A stretch of 64,000 nucleotides of DNA from Alphaproteobacteria bacterium (GTDB lineage Bacteria > Pseudomonadota > Alphaproteobacteria > MPNO01 > UBA830). The notes under the pieces were generated by a model, which made no database searches, had not been told where the DNA came from, and saw only the letters and a program-made list of their open reading frames with translations. This document shows positions 9,941 through 21,365 of the stretch, one piece after another. Where the stretch lies: assembly GCA_964291215.2 (NCBI GenBank), contig OZ219790.1, positions 1,088,001 to 1,152,000 of the forward strand. The letters run 5' to 3'. A program made the position numbers and the translations under genes. Positions within the stretch are counted from its first letter, which is position 1; every line of letters starts with the position of its first letter.

Positions 9941-11245
9941 TCAGGTGACCGGCGTGGCGTCGTCGGCCGCTGCCATTTCGGTCATTCGTATCTGGGTGAT
10001 GCGGTTGCTCTGACGGCCGACGATCTCAAGGCGGAAGCCGCAGAAGCTGAATATCTGCCCGACTTCCGGGATGAGCCGCGCCTCGTGAATGACAAGACCG
10101 GCGATCGTTGCAAAGTCCTGGTCCGGCAGATCCCAGCCGAAACGCCGGTTGAGATCGCGAAGCGTGACGTCGCCGGCGACAACGAACGAGCCGTCGCGCT
10201 GCGGATACACACCGACGGGGACGACGTCATGTTCGTCGGATATGTCGCCGACGATTTCCTCGAGGATGTCCTCGAGCGTGACGACGCCCATCAGCGCGCC
10301 GTATTCGTCCACCACCAGCGCAAAATGCTCGCGGCGCCGACGGAAAGCGTGGAGTTGATCGAGCAGCGAAGTGGTGTCGGGAATGAACCACGGCGGTGTG
10401 AGCACGCGATCGAGAACAAGCCTGTCGGGATTTCCGTCGCGGGCCTGGATTTCGCGCAGCAGCGCACGTGCATGCATGACGCCGATCACATCGTCGGGCG
10501 AGTCGCGCCACAGGGGTATCCGCGTATAGGGGCTTTCGAGCGCCTGCTCGACGATCGCCCGAGTCGGCTGCGACGCATCGATCATGAAGACGTCCCGGCG
10601 GTGGCGCATGACCATGCTGACATCGACATCAGCAAGGTCCAGAATGCTGTGAAGCATCGCCCGCTGATGGCCCTCGCGCTCCTCCCCGTCGCCGGCCTGG
10701 TCGGGATGGAGTTCGATGGCCCCGCGGAGTTCCTCGATGTTCGCCGCCGAATCCTCCTGCCGATCCTTTTCCACTCCGAACAGGTAGGCGATGGCGCGAA
10801 ACGCCCATTGGACGACCGTCATGACCGGCGACAGCACGACGACGAGAAAATGGAAGACGGGCGCGACCACGAGCGCCAGCCGGTCGGCATTGCGGAACGC
10901 GTAGGTCTTCGGCAGCATCTCGCCGAACAGCAGCACGAGCAGCGTCATCGCGAGCGTGGCATAGACAACGCCAGCTTCGCCGAAATGCGCAATGAGCACG
11001 CTCGTGGCCAGCGCCGACGCGAGGATGTTCACCAGATTGTTGCCGAGCAGCACAGTACCGAGCAGGTGCTCTTCCCGCTCGCGCAAACGGTTCACGGTGC
11101 GTGCGCGCCGGTTTCCCTTGACCTCAAGTTGATGCATGCGCGGACGTGAAGCCGCGGTCAACGCGGTCTCCGAGCCCGAAAAGAATGCCGAGAGCACCAG
11201 CAGCAGCAGGATGCCGGCCAGGATTGCCAACAGCGCGATTTCCAT
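9941..11245 (-). CDS. HlyC/CorC (CNNM-CBS) family transporter
   Basis: SAFFSGSETAL DUF21 domain, CBS pair (VVDEYG..GVVTLEDILEEIVGDI), CorC C-terminus. Confidence 0.93.
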   Translation of the reverse strand: MEIALLAILAGILLLLVLSAFFSGSETALTAASRPRMHQLEVKGNRRARTVNRLREREEHLLGTVLLGNNLVNILASALATSVLIAHFGEAGVVYATLAMTLLVLLFGEMLPKTYAFRNADRLALVVAPVFHFLVVVLSPVMTVVQWAFRAIAYLFGVEKDRQEDSAANIEELRGAIELHPDQAGDGEEREGHQRAMLHSILDLADVDVSMVMRHRRDVFMIDASQPTRAIVEQALESPYTRIPLWRDSPDDVIGVMHARALLREIQARDGNPDRLVLDRVLTPPWFIPDTTSLLDQLHAFRRRREHFALVVDEYGALMGVVTLEDILEEIVGDISDEHDVVPVGVYPQRDGSFVVAGDVTLRDLNRRFGWDLPDQDFATIAGLVIHEARLIPEVGQIFSFCGFRLEIVGRQSNRITQIRMTEMAAADDATPVT

Positions 11246-11300
11246 CAGTCCATGTCCATGTCGGTGCGTCGGACCCCGGCATCCCTCCCGCAGGTGCGCC

Positions 11301-12428
11301 TCATGCCGCGACGGCCCTGGCGAGCACCGTTCTCACGTCGGCGGGGTCGACGTCCGCAGTCACGAAGGCCTCGCCGATGGCGCGCGCGAGCACGAAGACC
11401 ATGTGCCCGTCACGCACTTTCTTGTCGTGCCTCATGTGATCAAGCAGCCTGTCCGGATCCCATACCCGGCCCGGCGCCGACGGCAGCCCGACCGGCAGTC
11501 CGACATGGGCGAAGTGACGGCGTATCCGCTCGATGTCGCCGGCCGCGCACAGTCCGATCGCGGAGGACAGTTCGAACGCCATCATCATGCCGATGGCTAC
11601 CGCCTCGCCGTGCAGCAGCTCCGATCCGTAGCCGGTCTCGGTTTCGAGGGCATGTCCGAATGTATGGCCCAAATTTAACAGCGCCCTTGCACCGGCCTCG
11701 CGCTCGTCGCGACCGACAATCGCCGCCTTGGCGGCGCAGCAGGCACGAACGGCCTGGCGGCGGGCATCCGCATCGCCGGCAATCACGCTGACGGCATTGT
11801 CCTCAAGCCAGTCGAAGAATCCGCGATCGCCGAGAAGCGCGTATTTCACGACTTCCGCATAGCCGGCAAGAATCTCCCGCCTTGGCAACGATTCGAGCAG
11901 GCCGGTATCGGCGATGACAAGCCGCGGCTGATAGTACGCTCCGACCAGATTCTTGCCGTGCGCGGTATTGATTCCGGTCTTGCCACCGACCGAACTGTCG
12001 ATCTGGGCCAGAAGCGTACTCGGCACCTGGATGAAACCGATGCCGCGGAGAATCATGCTCGCGGCAAAGCCTGCGAGATCTCCAACCACACCGCCGCCGA
12101 GGGCAATGATGCTCGATGACCGCTCCGGCACGCCGTCGAGGACGGTGCCGACGATCCGTTCCACCGATGCCATGGTCTTCGCCGATTCTCCGGCCGGCAG
12201 GATCAGGGGCGTCGCATCCACGTCTGCGGCGGCGAGCGCCGAGAGGACAGGTCGCAGGTGCAGGTCAGCCACGGTCGCATCGGTCACGATCCAGGCCGGC
12301 CCGGAACCGGCGATCTTGGCGATGCGCGCAGCACCGCTGCCGCCGCGCGCCAGCAGGCCGGCGCCAATCACGATGTCGTAGGAGCGGTCACCGAGTTCGA
12401 CGCGAACTGTGTCTTCGGCCCGATTCAT
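11301..12428 (-). CDS. aroB: 3-dehydroquinate synthase
   Basis: GGGVVGDLAGF, QIDSSVGGKTGIN, LNLGHTFGHALE; start MNRAEDT overlaps aroK stop. Confidence 0.96.
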   Translation of the reverse strand: MNRAEDTVRVELGDRSYDIVIGAGLLARGGSGAARIAKIAGSGPAWIVTDATVADLHLRPVLSALAAADVDATPLILPAGESAKTMASVERIVGTVLDGVPERSSSIIALGGGVVGDLAGFAASMILRGIGFIQVPSTLLAQIDSSVGGKTGINTAHGKNLVGAYYQPRLVIADTGLLESLPRREILAGYAEVVKYALLGDRGFFDWLEDNAVSVIAGDADARRQAVRACCAAKAAIVGRDEREAGARALLNLGHTFGHALETETGYGSELLHGEAVAIGMMMAFELSSAIGLCAAGDIERIRRHFAHVGLPVGLPSAPGRVWDPDRLLDHMRHDKKVRDGHMVFVLARAIGEAFVTADVDPADVRTVLARAVAA

Positions 12429-12994
12429 CCGCTGGACGCTTCCAAGGAGCCGGTTTGGCAGTGTGCGTAAAGCGCGCTCAGAATGCTCTCGACCACCGTA
12501 TCCGGGCCGTCGGTTCCCGATTCGACGGTGATGTCGGCCTCGGCATACTGGGGGTAACGCTCCGTCATCAGCCGCGCGAGTGTCGCCCGCTTGTCCCCAT
12601 CCCTGAGGAGCGGCCGGTTGTTTCGCTCCGAGACGCGTTCGACGAGCATGTCGAGATCCGCCCGAAGCCATACGGAGAGCCCTTGAGCGAGGACATTGGC
12701 GCGAGTCTCGGCGCAGGTGAAGGCACCGCCACCGGTAGCGATCACGCTGTTTTTCGTCTTCATCAGCCGTTCGATCACGCGGCGTTCGCCGTCGCGGAAT
12801 GCTCCCTCGCCGTAGCGCACGAAGATATCCTCGATCGAACACTTGGCGCTTGCTTCGATCTCGCTGTCCACATCGATGAATTTGCGATTCAGCCGGCTTG
12901 CCAGCAGCCGTCCCACGCGGGTCTTTCCCGCCCCCATGAGACCAACCAGGACCACAGGCTGGTCGGGAAGCCTTTCAAGCAACACGCACCTCAC
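12425..12994 (-). CDS. aroK: Shikimate kinase (start approximate)
   Basis: GLMGAGKT P-loop, GE..FR..E, ATGGG, RPLL; upstream of aroB. Confidence 0.94.
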   Translation of the reverse strand: MRCVLLERLPDQPVVLVGLMGAGKTRVGRLLASRLNRKFIDVDSEIEASAKCSIEDIFVRYGEGAFRDGERRVIERLMKTKNSVIATGGGAFTCAETRANVLAQGLSVWLRADLDMLVERVSERNNRPLLRDGDKRATLARLMTERYPQYAEADITVESGTDGPDTVVESILSALYAHCQTGSLEASSG

Positions 12995-13220
12995 AATGCG
13001 GCCCGTACCACCCTCGATAGCCGGAATCCGGACCGCCGCGGCATTGAACGCGCATCCTGCAGCCTGTAGACTGAAGGGCACGCGAAGGTTGGGTGCACAA
13101 TACACCGAACGGCAGGAAAATCGAAGACACGATGAAGACTGGCAAGTGCCGCGCGCGCCGCAATCGTCGTCGAGGGCCGCAACGCTGCCCGGCGCCACCG
13201 AGTCTATCGGGACTGCCGGC

Positions 13221-13361
13221 ATGAGGACCGTCTGGGGCATTGCCGTGGCAGGCGTTGTCGCCATCTTGGTCGCGGCCGGGGCCTATGTGGCATTCGTCGG
13301 AATCCCCGCGCCCACGGCCGGGACAGAGAAAGTAATTCCAAATGACCGCTTTCAGCGCTAG
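13221..13361 (+). CDS. Small single-TM membrane protein, 46 aa
   Basis: MRTVWGIAVAGVVAILVAAGAYVAF..IPAP..EKVIPNDRF; hydrophobic helix; overlaps start of next gene. Confidence 0.65.
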   Translation: MRTVWGIAVAGVVAILVAAGAYVAFVGIPAPTAGTEKVIPNDRFQR

Positions 13362-15150
13362 CCCACGGCTCGGTCTGAGCAGCGGCCTGCTAATCCTCGT
13401 CCTGTCTTCAGCCGCGTTGGCCCAGCCTGTGGAGCTTCGCCGGCCGACTCCTGAACTCGTCGCGGACACTCCGGACGACGGCGCCCCTCCGCCCCAACAA
13501 GCCCAACCCGATCCCGATACGCCGCTGCGGGCCCAGCAACCGCTGATCAAGGACGGGATCGTGATCGATGTGCTGGAGAGTTTCAATCCGGACGGCTTCG
13601 GCCCCCTCGACGAGAAGCAGGGCGGCCTGCCGACCGACCTGTGGCAGGACGTGGGCTGGAACGTCATACGCGGCCTGCTGCCGCGGGTGCCCGGCCACAC
13701 CAGGTCCCGGGCGATGCGCACCCTTGCTTCCCGGCTCCTCCTGTCGCGTGCGATCCTGCCGGTCGACAAGCCAAAAGACGAAAGCTATCTGGGTCTGCGC
13801 GCGGACCGGCTGCTCGCCATGGCGGATGTAGCCGGCGCCCTCTCGCTCATGCAGGCGGTTCCGGAACAGGACCGCGACGAGGCGTTCTCCATGACCGAGA
13901 TCGAAGCGCTGTTCTTCCACAACCGCAATGGCGAAGCCTGCGCCCGCGCGGTTGCGCTCGACGGACGATACAGGGGGACCTACTGGAGGCAGCTGGAAGC
14001 ATTCTGCCTCGCCCTCGGGGGTAACCATGTACGGGCCGGACTGATCAGCGATCTGCTGCGCGAGCGCGAACAGCAGATCGAGCCGGCCTTCTTTGCCGCC
14101 ATTGACGTGCTCGCCGGACGCGGATCAAGCGAGGTCGATACGGTCGGAGCACCGAGCGGCCTGGTGCTTGCCATGATGCGCGCCGCCAGCATCGGACTTC
14201 CTCCGGCGATCGCGGAAACGGACTCGCCGATCGTGCTGCGCTGGATCGCGAGGTCTCCGAACGCCGATCTGGACACGCGCCTCGCAGCGGCAGAAAAGGC
14301 GCTGGCTCTCGGCGCGATGACGTCCGAGGAGATGATCGGCATTTACGGTTCACTGCCGTTCCTCGACCAGGAACTGAAAGCACCGGTGGCGCACGCCCAG
14401 GCAAACTGGGGACCGCGCGGGCGAGCGCTGCTCCTGAGCGCCGCCACAGCTCAGGAAACGCCGGCAGCGAAGGCCGAGACATTGCGGCAAGGCTGGGACA
14501 TCGCCCGCGAGAAAGGCGGCTATGACGAACTGTCCCGCGCCAGCGCGGCCGTGGTCACGACCGTCGAGGCGACGCCGGAATTGATCTGGTTTGCCCGCAA
14601 TGCCGCCCGCGTGCTGCTCGCGGCCGGGCGCGTTGATGCGGCAATGGCATGGTACAACACGGCAGTCGGCGCACGCGCCGATAGCGAGGAAGCAGAGGCC
14701 GTCGAGGCCGACCTGTGGCCATTGGCAACACTGGTGCGCGCGGCAGACGGCGAAGCCCCGGATCCGGCCCGGCTCGACAGCTGGAACGAGGATGTCCGCG
14801 GCGCCGATGGGGAGGAGGCTCTTGCCAAGGCTGCAACCCTGCTGGCGCTGCTCGGCGCCTTAGGAAACAAGTTGCCGCCCGCGACGTGGCAGGCGTTGCT
14901 CACCGCACCACTCGTCGACAGCGCGCCCGCACTCAATGCGATCTGGCACAAAAGGCTCGCGGCAGCGGCAGCCGAAATGCAGGTCGGCGAGACGGCTCTT
15001 CTGGTCACCGCTGCCGCCACCGCCGCCGGTGGCGCCGCCTACGAATCGAGCGCCAACGCAGCCGCTGCCGTGGCCGCACTTCACCGGGCCGGGCTCCGCG
15101 ACGACGCCATGCGCCTAGCGCTCGAGGGCGCCATGGCGGCGGGCCTCTGA
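13342..15150 (+). CDS. Conserved exported alanine-rich alpha-helical hypothetical protein, upstream of xerD
   Basis: Signal peptide (..SSAALAQ), GGLP.DLW motif, 602 aa ORF. Confidence 0.8.
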   Translation: MTAFSASPRLGLSSGLLILVLSSAALAQPVELRRPTPELVADTPDDGAPPPQQAQPDPDTPLRAQQPLIKDGIVIDVLESFNPDGFGPLDEKQGGLPTDLWQDVGWNVIRGLLPRVPGHTRSRAMRTLASRLLLSRAILPVDKPKDESYLGLRADRLLAMADVAGALSLMQAVPEQDRDEAFSMTEIEALFFHNRNGEACARAVALDGRYRGTYWRQLEAFCLALGGNHVRAGLISDLLREREQQIEPAFFAAIDVLAGRGSSEVDTVGAPSGLVLAMMRAASIGLPPAIAETDSPIVLRWIARSPNADLDTRLAAAEKALALGAMTSEEMIGIYGSLPFLDQELKAPVAHAQANWGPRGRALLLSAATAQETPAAKAETLRQGWDIAREKGGYDELSRASAAVVTTVEATPELIWFARNAARVLLAAGRVDAAMAWYNTAVGARADSEEAEAVEADLWPLATLVRAADGEAPDPARLDSWNEDVRGADGEEALAKAATLLALLGALGNKLPPATWQALLTAPLVDSAPALNAIWHKRLAAAAAEMQVGETALLVTAAATAAGGAAYESSANAAAAVAALHRAGLRDDAMRLALEGAMAAGL

Positions 15151-15152
15151 AC

Positions 15153-16154
15153 GTGAGGACCGGCAGCGGTCCGGCCGCCGGCGGGCGACGCCACGATTCC
15201 GCCCTGGAAAAGTTGCACGGCGTCACTGCCTCCGATCGGCATCTTGTCGAGATGTTTCTCGAGGCGATGTCGGCAGAACGCGGCGCCGCTGCCAATACCC
15301 GTGACGCCTACGCGCTCGATATCGGTCAGTACCTGTGCCATCTGACGAAGTCCGGGACTTCGTCAACCGACGCCGACACCTCCCATATCCGCGATTTTGT
15401 CGCGGATATGGCCGTACGAGGACTGTCGGCGCGCAGCCAGACGCGGAAGCTCTCGGCCCTGCGCCAGTTCCACGGTTTTCTGGTGGCGGAGGGGCATCGC
15501 GACAACGATCCGACGATGACGATAGAATCGCCAATGCGCGGACAGCCGCTGCCGAAGTTTCTGACCGCGGACGAAGTCGATCGCCTGTTCGAAGCCGTTC
15601 AGGTGGTACCCGGCTGGCGCGGCGTGCGTCTGAGGGCGATGGTCGAGATCCTCTACGCAACCGGACTCCGGGTATCGGAGCTGGTGTCGCTGAAATGCGC
15701 TTCGGTGGCACGCGACGGACGCACCATCGTCGTTCGTGGCAAGGGGGGCAAGGAGCGGCTGGTGCCACTAAACGTTCCCGCCCGCGATGCCCTGGAGGCG
15801 TGGCTTCCGGTGCGCAAGCAACTGCTCGAATCGAGCGGCGTGGCGCGTCCGGCTCTCGTCTCATGGCTGTTCCCGTCGCGTTCGGCCGCGGGATATCTTA
15901 CACGCGACCGCTTTGCCAAGCTGCTGCGCGACCTGGCGATCCCGGCCGGCATCGAGCCGCGCCGGATCTCACCTCATGTACTGCGTCATGCCTTCGCGAC
16001 GCATCTTCTCGCCAACGGAGCCGATCTCCGCAGCGTTCAGCAGATGCTCGGCCACGCCGACATCTCGACAACGGAAATCTACACGCGCGTCCTCGATGAC
16101 CGGCTCCGGTCGCTGGTGCGCGATGTCCATCCCCTGTCCGATCTGCGGATCTGA
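15153..16154 (+). CDS. xerD: Tyrosine recombinase XerD (start uncertain)
   Basis: YATGLRVSEL, GKGGKER, SPHVLRHAFATHLL, LGHADISTTEIY; xerD-accA synteny. Confidence 0.92.
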   Translation: MRTGSGPAAGGRRHDSALEKLHGVTASDRHLVEMFLEAMSAERGAAANTRDAYALDIGQYLCHLTKSGTSSTDADTSHIRDFVADMAVRGLSARSQTRKLSALRQFHGFLVAEGHRDNDPTMTIESPMRGQPLPKFLTADEVDRLFEAVQVVPGWRGVRLRAMVEILYATGLRVSELVSLKCASVARDGRTIVVRGKGGKERLVPLNVPARDALEAWLPVRKQLLESSGVARPALVSWLFPSRSAAGYLTRDRFAKLLRDLAIPAGIEPRRISPHVLRHAFATHLLANGADLRSVQQMLGHADISTTEIYTRVLDDRLRSLVRDVHPLSDLRI

Positions 16155-16184
16155 CGGCCGGCAGCGGAACGATACAGTCAGACC

Positions 16185-17150
16185 ATGGCCGACAACCCGG
16201 TTCATTCCTTCCTCGACTTCGAGAAACCGATTGTCGAACTCGAAGGCAAGATAAGAGAGTTACGCCATCTTAGCGACGACGGCGAGATCCGGATTGCCGG
16301 CGAGGTGGAGCGGCTTCAGAACCGCGTCGACCGGCTGATCGCCCAGACCTACGCCCGCCTCACGCCATGGCAGCAGGTGCAGCTGGCGCGCCATCCGCAA
16401 CGTCCGCACTGCATCGACTACGTCAAGGGCCTCGTGAGTGACTTCACGCCACTCGCCGGCGACCGCAATTTCGGCGAGGACCAGGCCATCATCGGCGGCC
16501 TTGGCCGGCTCGACGGCCGATCAGTCGTAATCCTTGGGCAGGAAAAGGGAATCGATACGGAGACGCGGCTAAAGCACAATTTCGGGATGGCGCGGCCCGA
16601 AGGATACCGCAAGGCCCGGCGCCTTATGGAACTTGCGGACCGTTTCGGTCTGCCGATAGTCACGTTCGTCGACACCTCGGGCGCCTATCCGGGCGTCGGC
16701 GCCGAGGAACGGGGCCAAGCCGAAGCGATCGCCAGGGCGATAGAAGTCGGGCTCCGGCTGAGCATACCGGTCGTCAGCGTCGTCATCGGCGAGGGAGGTT
16801 CGGGCGGAGCGATCGCGATCGCCGTCGCCAACCGCGTGCTGATGCTCGAACACGCCATCTATTCGGTGATCTCGCCCGAAGGATGCGCGTCGATCCTGTG
16901 GCGCGACGCCGCCCACGCGACGGAAGCAGCCGAAGCCCTGAAGCTGACCGCACGCGACCTGCTGGAACACGGCGTTATCGACGAGATCATCCCGGAACCG
17001 CCGGGAGCGGCGCACCGCAACCGCGAAGACACCGTCGCCGCGGTCGGCAGGGCTATTTCCGCCGCCCTGGAGGAGTTGTGCAGCGAGAACGGGGACGCGC
17101 TGCGCCAGCAGCGCCGCGAGAAGTTCCTAAGCATGGGAAAGGGCGGTTGA
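16185..17150 (+). CDS. accA: Acetyl-CoA carboxylase carboxyltransferase alpha subunit
   Basis: [36 protein letters not shown]. Confidence 0.97.
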   Translation: MADNPVHSFLDFEKPIVELEGKIRELRHLSDDGEIRIAGEVERLQNRVDRLIAQTYARLTPWQQVQLARHPQRPHCIDYVKGLVSDFTPLAGDRNFGEDQAIIGGLGRLDGRSVVILGQEKGIDTETRLKHNFGMARPEGYRKARRLMELADRFGLPIVTFVDTSGAYPGVGAEERGQAEAIARAIEVGLRLSIPVVSVVIGEGGSGGAIAIAVANRVLMLEHAIYSVISPEGCASILWRDAAHATEAAEALKLTARDLLEHGVIDEIIPEPPGAAHRNREDTVAAVGRAISAALEELCSENGDALRQQRREKFLSMGKGG

Positions 17151-17288
17151 GCACCGCGGCCCCCGCGGATGAAAGCCAGCGGCAACATCGGAAAACCACG
17201 AGATCACTGTCCGACCTCGGCAACAGATTCTCAACCCGGGACTGCGCCGCAGCGAGAACAGCGGCCCCGGAAGTGAAACTTATCGGGA

Positions 17289-18212
17289 TCAGCGTATGCT
17301 GAACACGAGCTTCCCCCGGAGGTGGCGACCTTCGCTCACGCGATGGGCGGCCGCTGCTTCCTCAAGCCCGTAGGTAATGACTTCCGGCGCGGTCACCGCG
17401 CCGGCATCAACGAGTTCCAGAATCCGTTCCAGATGCGGCCGGTCACGGCCGACCCGAGGCCTGAGCGAATGCACGTCATCGCGCGGAGATTCGGGCGCTG
17501 TGGAGCCTGAGGCTATGAACGCAGCCCGTCCGCCACTCCTGATGACAGAAAACGAACGCATCGCGACTTCGCCGCCCACGGTGTCGAACACCGCATCGAC
17601 GTTCGAGACCGCTTGCGTGAAGTCCCGGACATTGTAGTCGATGACTTCGTCAGCTCCGAGACTGCGGACATAGTCGTGGTTCCTTGCACTCGCGGTCGTA
17701 ATCACGTATGCGCCGATATGCTTGGCGAGTTGGATAGCGAAACCGGCGACGCCCCCCGCCCCGCCCTGGATCAGAATGGTCTCGCCGGAATGAAGCGCCA
17801 GCGTGTCCTCGACCGAAACCAGCGCGGTCAACCCGATCAGCGAGAGCGCGGCAGCATCGACATGCGAGACGCCATCGGGCTTGCGGGCGACCAGCGCCGC
17901 ATCCATGGCGATCTTCTCCGCGTAAGTTCCTTCCTGTCCAACTTGGCAGACGCCGAAGACCGGGTCCCCAAGAACAAATTCGTCGACATCGTCGCCGATT
18001 CCGCTCACGCTTCCGGAGAAATCGCGTCCACAGACATAGGGAAACTCAGTGATCTGGCTGTAGGCTCCGGCCCGAACTTTCCAGTCGGCGCCGTTGATGC
18101 TGGCGGCATGGATGTCGATGACAACCTCCCCCTTGCGCGCGACCGGATCAGGCAGATCATCGTATTCGAGGACCTCCGGACCGCCATGCCGTTCGAAATA
18201 AGCTGCTTTCAT
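17289..18212 (-). CDS. NADP-dependent quinone-oxidoreductase-like medium-chain dehydrogenase
   Basis: GGPEVL, GRDFSG, GGAGGV..FAIQLAK, GKLV. Confidence 0.9.
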   Translation of the reverse strand: MKAAYFERHGGPEVLEYDDLPDPVARKGEVVIDIHAASINGADWKVRAGAYSQITEFPYVCGRDFSGSVSGIGDDVDEFVLGDPVFGVCQVGQEGTYAEKIAMDAALVARKPDGVSHVDAAALSLIGLTALVSVEDTLALHSGETILIQGGAGGVAGFAIQLAKHIGAYVITTASARNHDYVRSLGADEVIDYNVRDFTQAVSNVDAVFDTVGGEVAMRSFSVIRSGGRAAFIASGSTAPESPRDDVHSLRPRVGRDRPHLERILELVDAGAVTAPEVITYGLEEAAAAHRVSEGRHLRGKLVFSIR

Positions 18213-18551
18213 TCGCTGATTCCCTTCTCTTCAACAATGGACGCGCGGACCACGGAGGATCGCAGGCGGAGCATGTTTCTCCAAGCCCTTGAGAACATGC
18301 TTGTATACTGTCGCCCGCGGCATTCGGTCAATCAATGCATGCGGGTACAGGCGTATAATCACACCCGACGCGCCAAGGGCGCAAATCCCGCAAGCGTCCG
18401 CCCGTGTGTGAACCGGAGGAAACTCCCGCAACACCATAGGGTTGCGGATCAGCCTCTCCCGCTCCGCCGCACGGCTTCCCCGACGAAACGCCGCCGCGGC
18501 TGCTTCCTGCATTACCGCTCAGCCGCGCGGCCCGAACAGGGAGCCGCGACC

Positions 18552-20516
18552 ATGGGCGACAATCCGAAGTCCACCTTCGCCCGGTGCGTCCGCATCGCGA
18601 AGCCCCGAACGACGAAATACGAAATCCGCGACGATGTCGTGAGCGGACTCGCACTGACGGTCCAGCCTACCGGAGTCCGAACCTTCTTCCTCGCCCGCAT
18701 GGTGTGCGGGCGCAGGCGCTACGCCACCATCGGCAGCGCCGACACGATGACGGTTCCCGAGGCGCGGCGCGAGGCCCGCAGGCTCATCGCCAGCTATATC
18801 GAACCGGCGAAGACGGACAACGGACCCCGCACACCGGGACATCCGATGGACGCCTTCGCCGCCGAGTTCCTCGACCGGCAGCCCCCCCCCCCCCGGCGGT
18901 CCCAGCGGTACTGTAACTTGATGTCTGGAAATTTGTCTGAGGTTTGCGCTTTGAGGCGTTTCACTGGGGGGGCTAGCCCCCCAGTGAAACGCGGCGCCAT
19001 CGTACTATCCCATGGAGTTGTAAAACCTTCATGGAGGAAGCGAATGGACCTGCGACACACCACGACGATTGAGGCCGTTTTGGAACATCTGATCGCAAAC
19101 GGAGCAACGGATCTGGGGCGGGTCTTTGGCCAGCTCTTCGAGCTTGCGATGCAAATCGAGCGCGAGCAGTACTTGAAAGCGGGCCACCGGACACCGGAGC
19201 GACAGGGCTATGCCAACGGCTACAAGCGGATCGACACCCCCACTGTTACCGTTCAGGTGCCAAACGGTCACGGGGACGACCCGTCCCCAGTCGCTTGAAC
19301 GCGGCCAGCGATCTTCTCGCGCCGTGGCCGAGATGTACATCAAGGGTGTTTCCACGCGGCAGGATGTAATGCGCGAGTTCGGGAGCCTGTCCTCTTCTCA
19401 GGGGGCCACCAGGTTGCTCGATGAAGAACTCGCCGCGCAACCGGCCCCTGATGAAATACCTGATCCTGGATGCGCGCTACGAAAAAGCCCGCCATGACGG
19501 CGTTGTGCGCGATGTTGCAGTGCTCTCGGCCATCGGAATAGGGGCTGCAGGCACGTTCTGGGGCTCTCTGTGGCGCTCTCCGAGGCCGAGGTCCATTGGA
19601 GAGCCTTCCTGGAAAGCTTGCTAGCCCGTGGCCTGCATGGTACGACCTTCATCGTCTCGGATGCCGGGCTGAAAGCGGCACGGTGCTGGGCGCGGCGACA
19701 TGGCAGCGCTGCCAGTTCCACTTGGCACAAAACGCCGTGCACCGAACAACGACATCAGGAAACGTATTGGAAAACAGCTCAGAGCCATGCGTCCTCACTC
19801 CAAACCGCCGAGGCTGAACTGGCCGCCCTCGTGGCCAGCTATCGCAACAAGCATCCAGGCTTCCTGGCTGGAAAACAATGCGGGGCTCGCTGTCTTCACC
19901 TTGCCCGATGCTCACCACAAACGTATGCGAACCTCGAACGGCATCGAGCGACCGATCCAGCAAGAACTCAAGCGGCGCACCTCCAAAGTCAGGGTCTTTC
20001 CGAACCTTGCCTCGTTGGAGCACCTCTCAACCGCAGTCCTCATCGACGAAAAATGGGAAACCGAAACCAAGATCAAATGGGAACAGCTCGATCAGCTTCA
20101 CGACAATTTCCAGACATCAGGTTGCGTAATCCTGGCGCTCACCGATGCCAAGACCGGGCCGAGGACGGTTCCACTCAGCAGCCGGGCCAAGACCATTCTC
20201 GACCGGCAACCGCGCACGAGCAGCGCGTCCGTGTTTCCCTCGCCGCACGACCCCGCCCGCCCGCGCGGTCCAGACCTCCCGTTCTGGTATCGCGTGCGCC
20301 GCGAAGCAGGGATGGAAGACATCCGTCTTCATGACCTCCGTCATATCATGGCCAGCCATGCCATCATGAACGGGCGTGCCCGTCCCGGTGGTCTCCCGGT
20401 TGCTCGGCCATTCCAATGTGCGCATGACGCTGCGCTACGCCCATCTCGCCGACCGCGACATCGAAGCCGCCGCGGAACGCGTCGGGCAGGCCATGAGCGC
20501 CGTGCTGGAGGCGTGA
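18552..20516 (+). pseudogene. Phage-type tyrosine integrase (arm-binding N-domain) split by IS256, middle missing
   Basis: 5' part MGDNPK..EARREARR to ~18880; 3' part KTGPRTVPL..RLHDLRH..LLGHSNVRMTLRYAH at 20133-20516 with one frameshift. Confidence 0.85.
18907..20132 (+). mobile_element. IS256-family element, copy 1 (decayed)
   Basis: IRs ..TAACTTGATGTCTGGAAATT / AATTTCCAGACATCAGGTTGCG; transposase fragments EMYIKGVSTR, RTSNGIER, RVFPN. Confidence 0.9.
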
Positions 20517-20557
20517 TCTACGACCCGGCCCGATGCAGCTGCTATCGGCGTGTCCGG

Positions 20558-20770
20558 TCAGAACTGCCGCACGAAGGAGAGTTCGGCGCGGTTGCGGTCG
20601 TAGTCGAGGGCCTGGGCGTTGCTCGCGGATGAGCGAGAGGCGGGGGCTGAAGCCGGCCAAGGTGAAGGCGCGGTTGTGCGCGGAGAGCGAGAGGGTGCGC
20701 GTCTCGTCCCGGCGCGGCCTGCGGTCGATGGTGTTGTGGGCGAAGCCCTGTCCCTGGTATGCGGCGTGCT
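20558..20770 (-). pseudogene. C-terminal fragment of a Slam/DUF560-like outer-membrane beta-barrel
   Basis: Ends SNAQALDYDRNRAELSFVRQF*, resembling the Slam terminal beta strands; frameshifted, no N-terminus. Confidence 0.55.
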
Positions 20771-21316
20771 GCGGTGAGCAGCAGCAATCCCCGCTGGCGG
20801 CGGCGGATGTCCCGGCCCCCACTCGGCCAGCCACTCGACGAAATGGTCTACCGGGGTGTCTCCGCCCCCGGCTTCCAGCGCATGTTCCTCGACGGCTTGG
20901 CGCAGCAGGTCGTGCCAGGGACCGGCGGGCCGCCGCGCGTCCACGCGGGCGCGCAGGGCCATGCCGTCGACGATCCGGGGGTCCCGCCCGTGCAGCCATC
21001 GAACGAACGCCCGAGCCTCCCGCAGGCGCCAGAAACTCGAGATCTCCTCGTTCGCCATCTGAAGCGAAATATCATGCGCCTCGCAAAACGCCCGTACGGG
21101 AACCAGATACTCCCACTCGCGCGCGATCACCGCACAGCGCGACCAATCCCACGCGGGCACAAGCCCGAAGAGACGCAGAAACTCCGCCATGACGGCGCGC
21201 GCCTGACAGACCGGACCGCCGCCCGTCGGCAGGATTTGCACCCGCCCGCACGAAACCAGGTCCAGCGCCGCCCACTCACCGAAGCTCGCCGATCAGGGGT
21301 TACCGCCGCGGCTTGA
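20771..21316 (-). pseudogene. Internal fragment of a large RecQ/UvrD-type helicase
   Basis: WDWSRCAVIAREW..FVEWLAEWG..RRRQRGLLLLTA, breaking just before the expected HRAKGLEF motif. Confidence 0.55.
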
Positions 21317-21365
21317 TCAGGCAGGTGCGACGGGGATAGAATTAGCGCGAGAAGGAAGGGAAACG

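Noticed and set aside
15153-16154. XerD as the recombinase for the accessory region
   Set aside because: It is the housekeeping xerD in aroK-xerD-accA context; no dif-like site was recognised.
18882-18894. C13 tract in the integrase remnant as a phase-variation site
   Set aside because: It lies at a broken junction in an already dead gene, so no function can be assigned.
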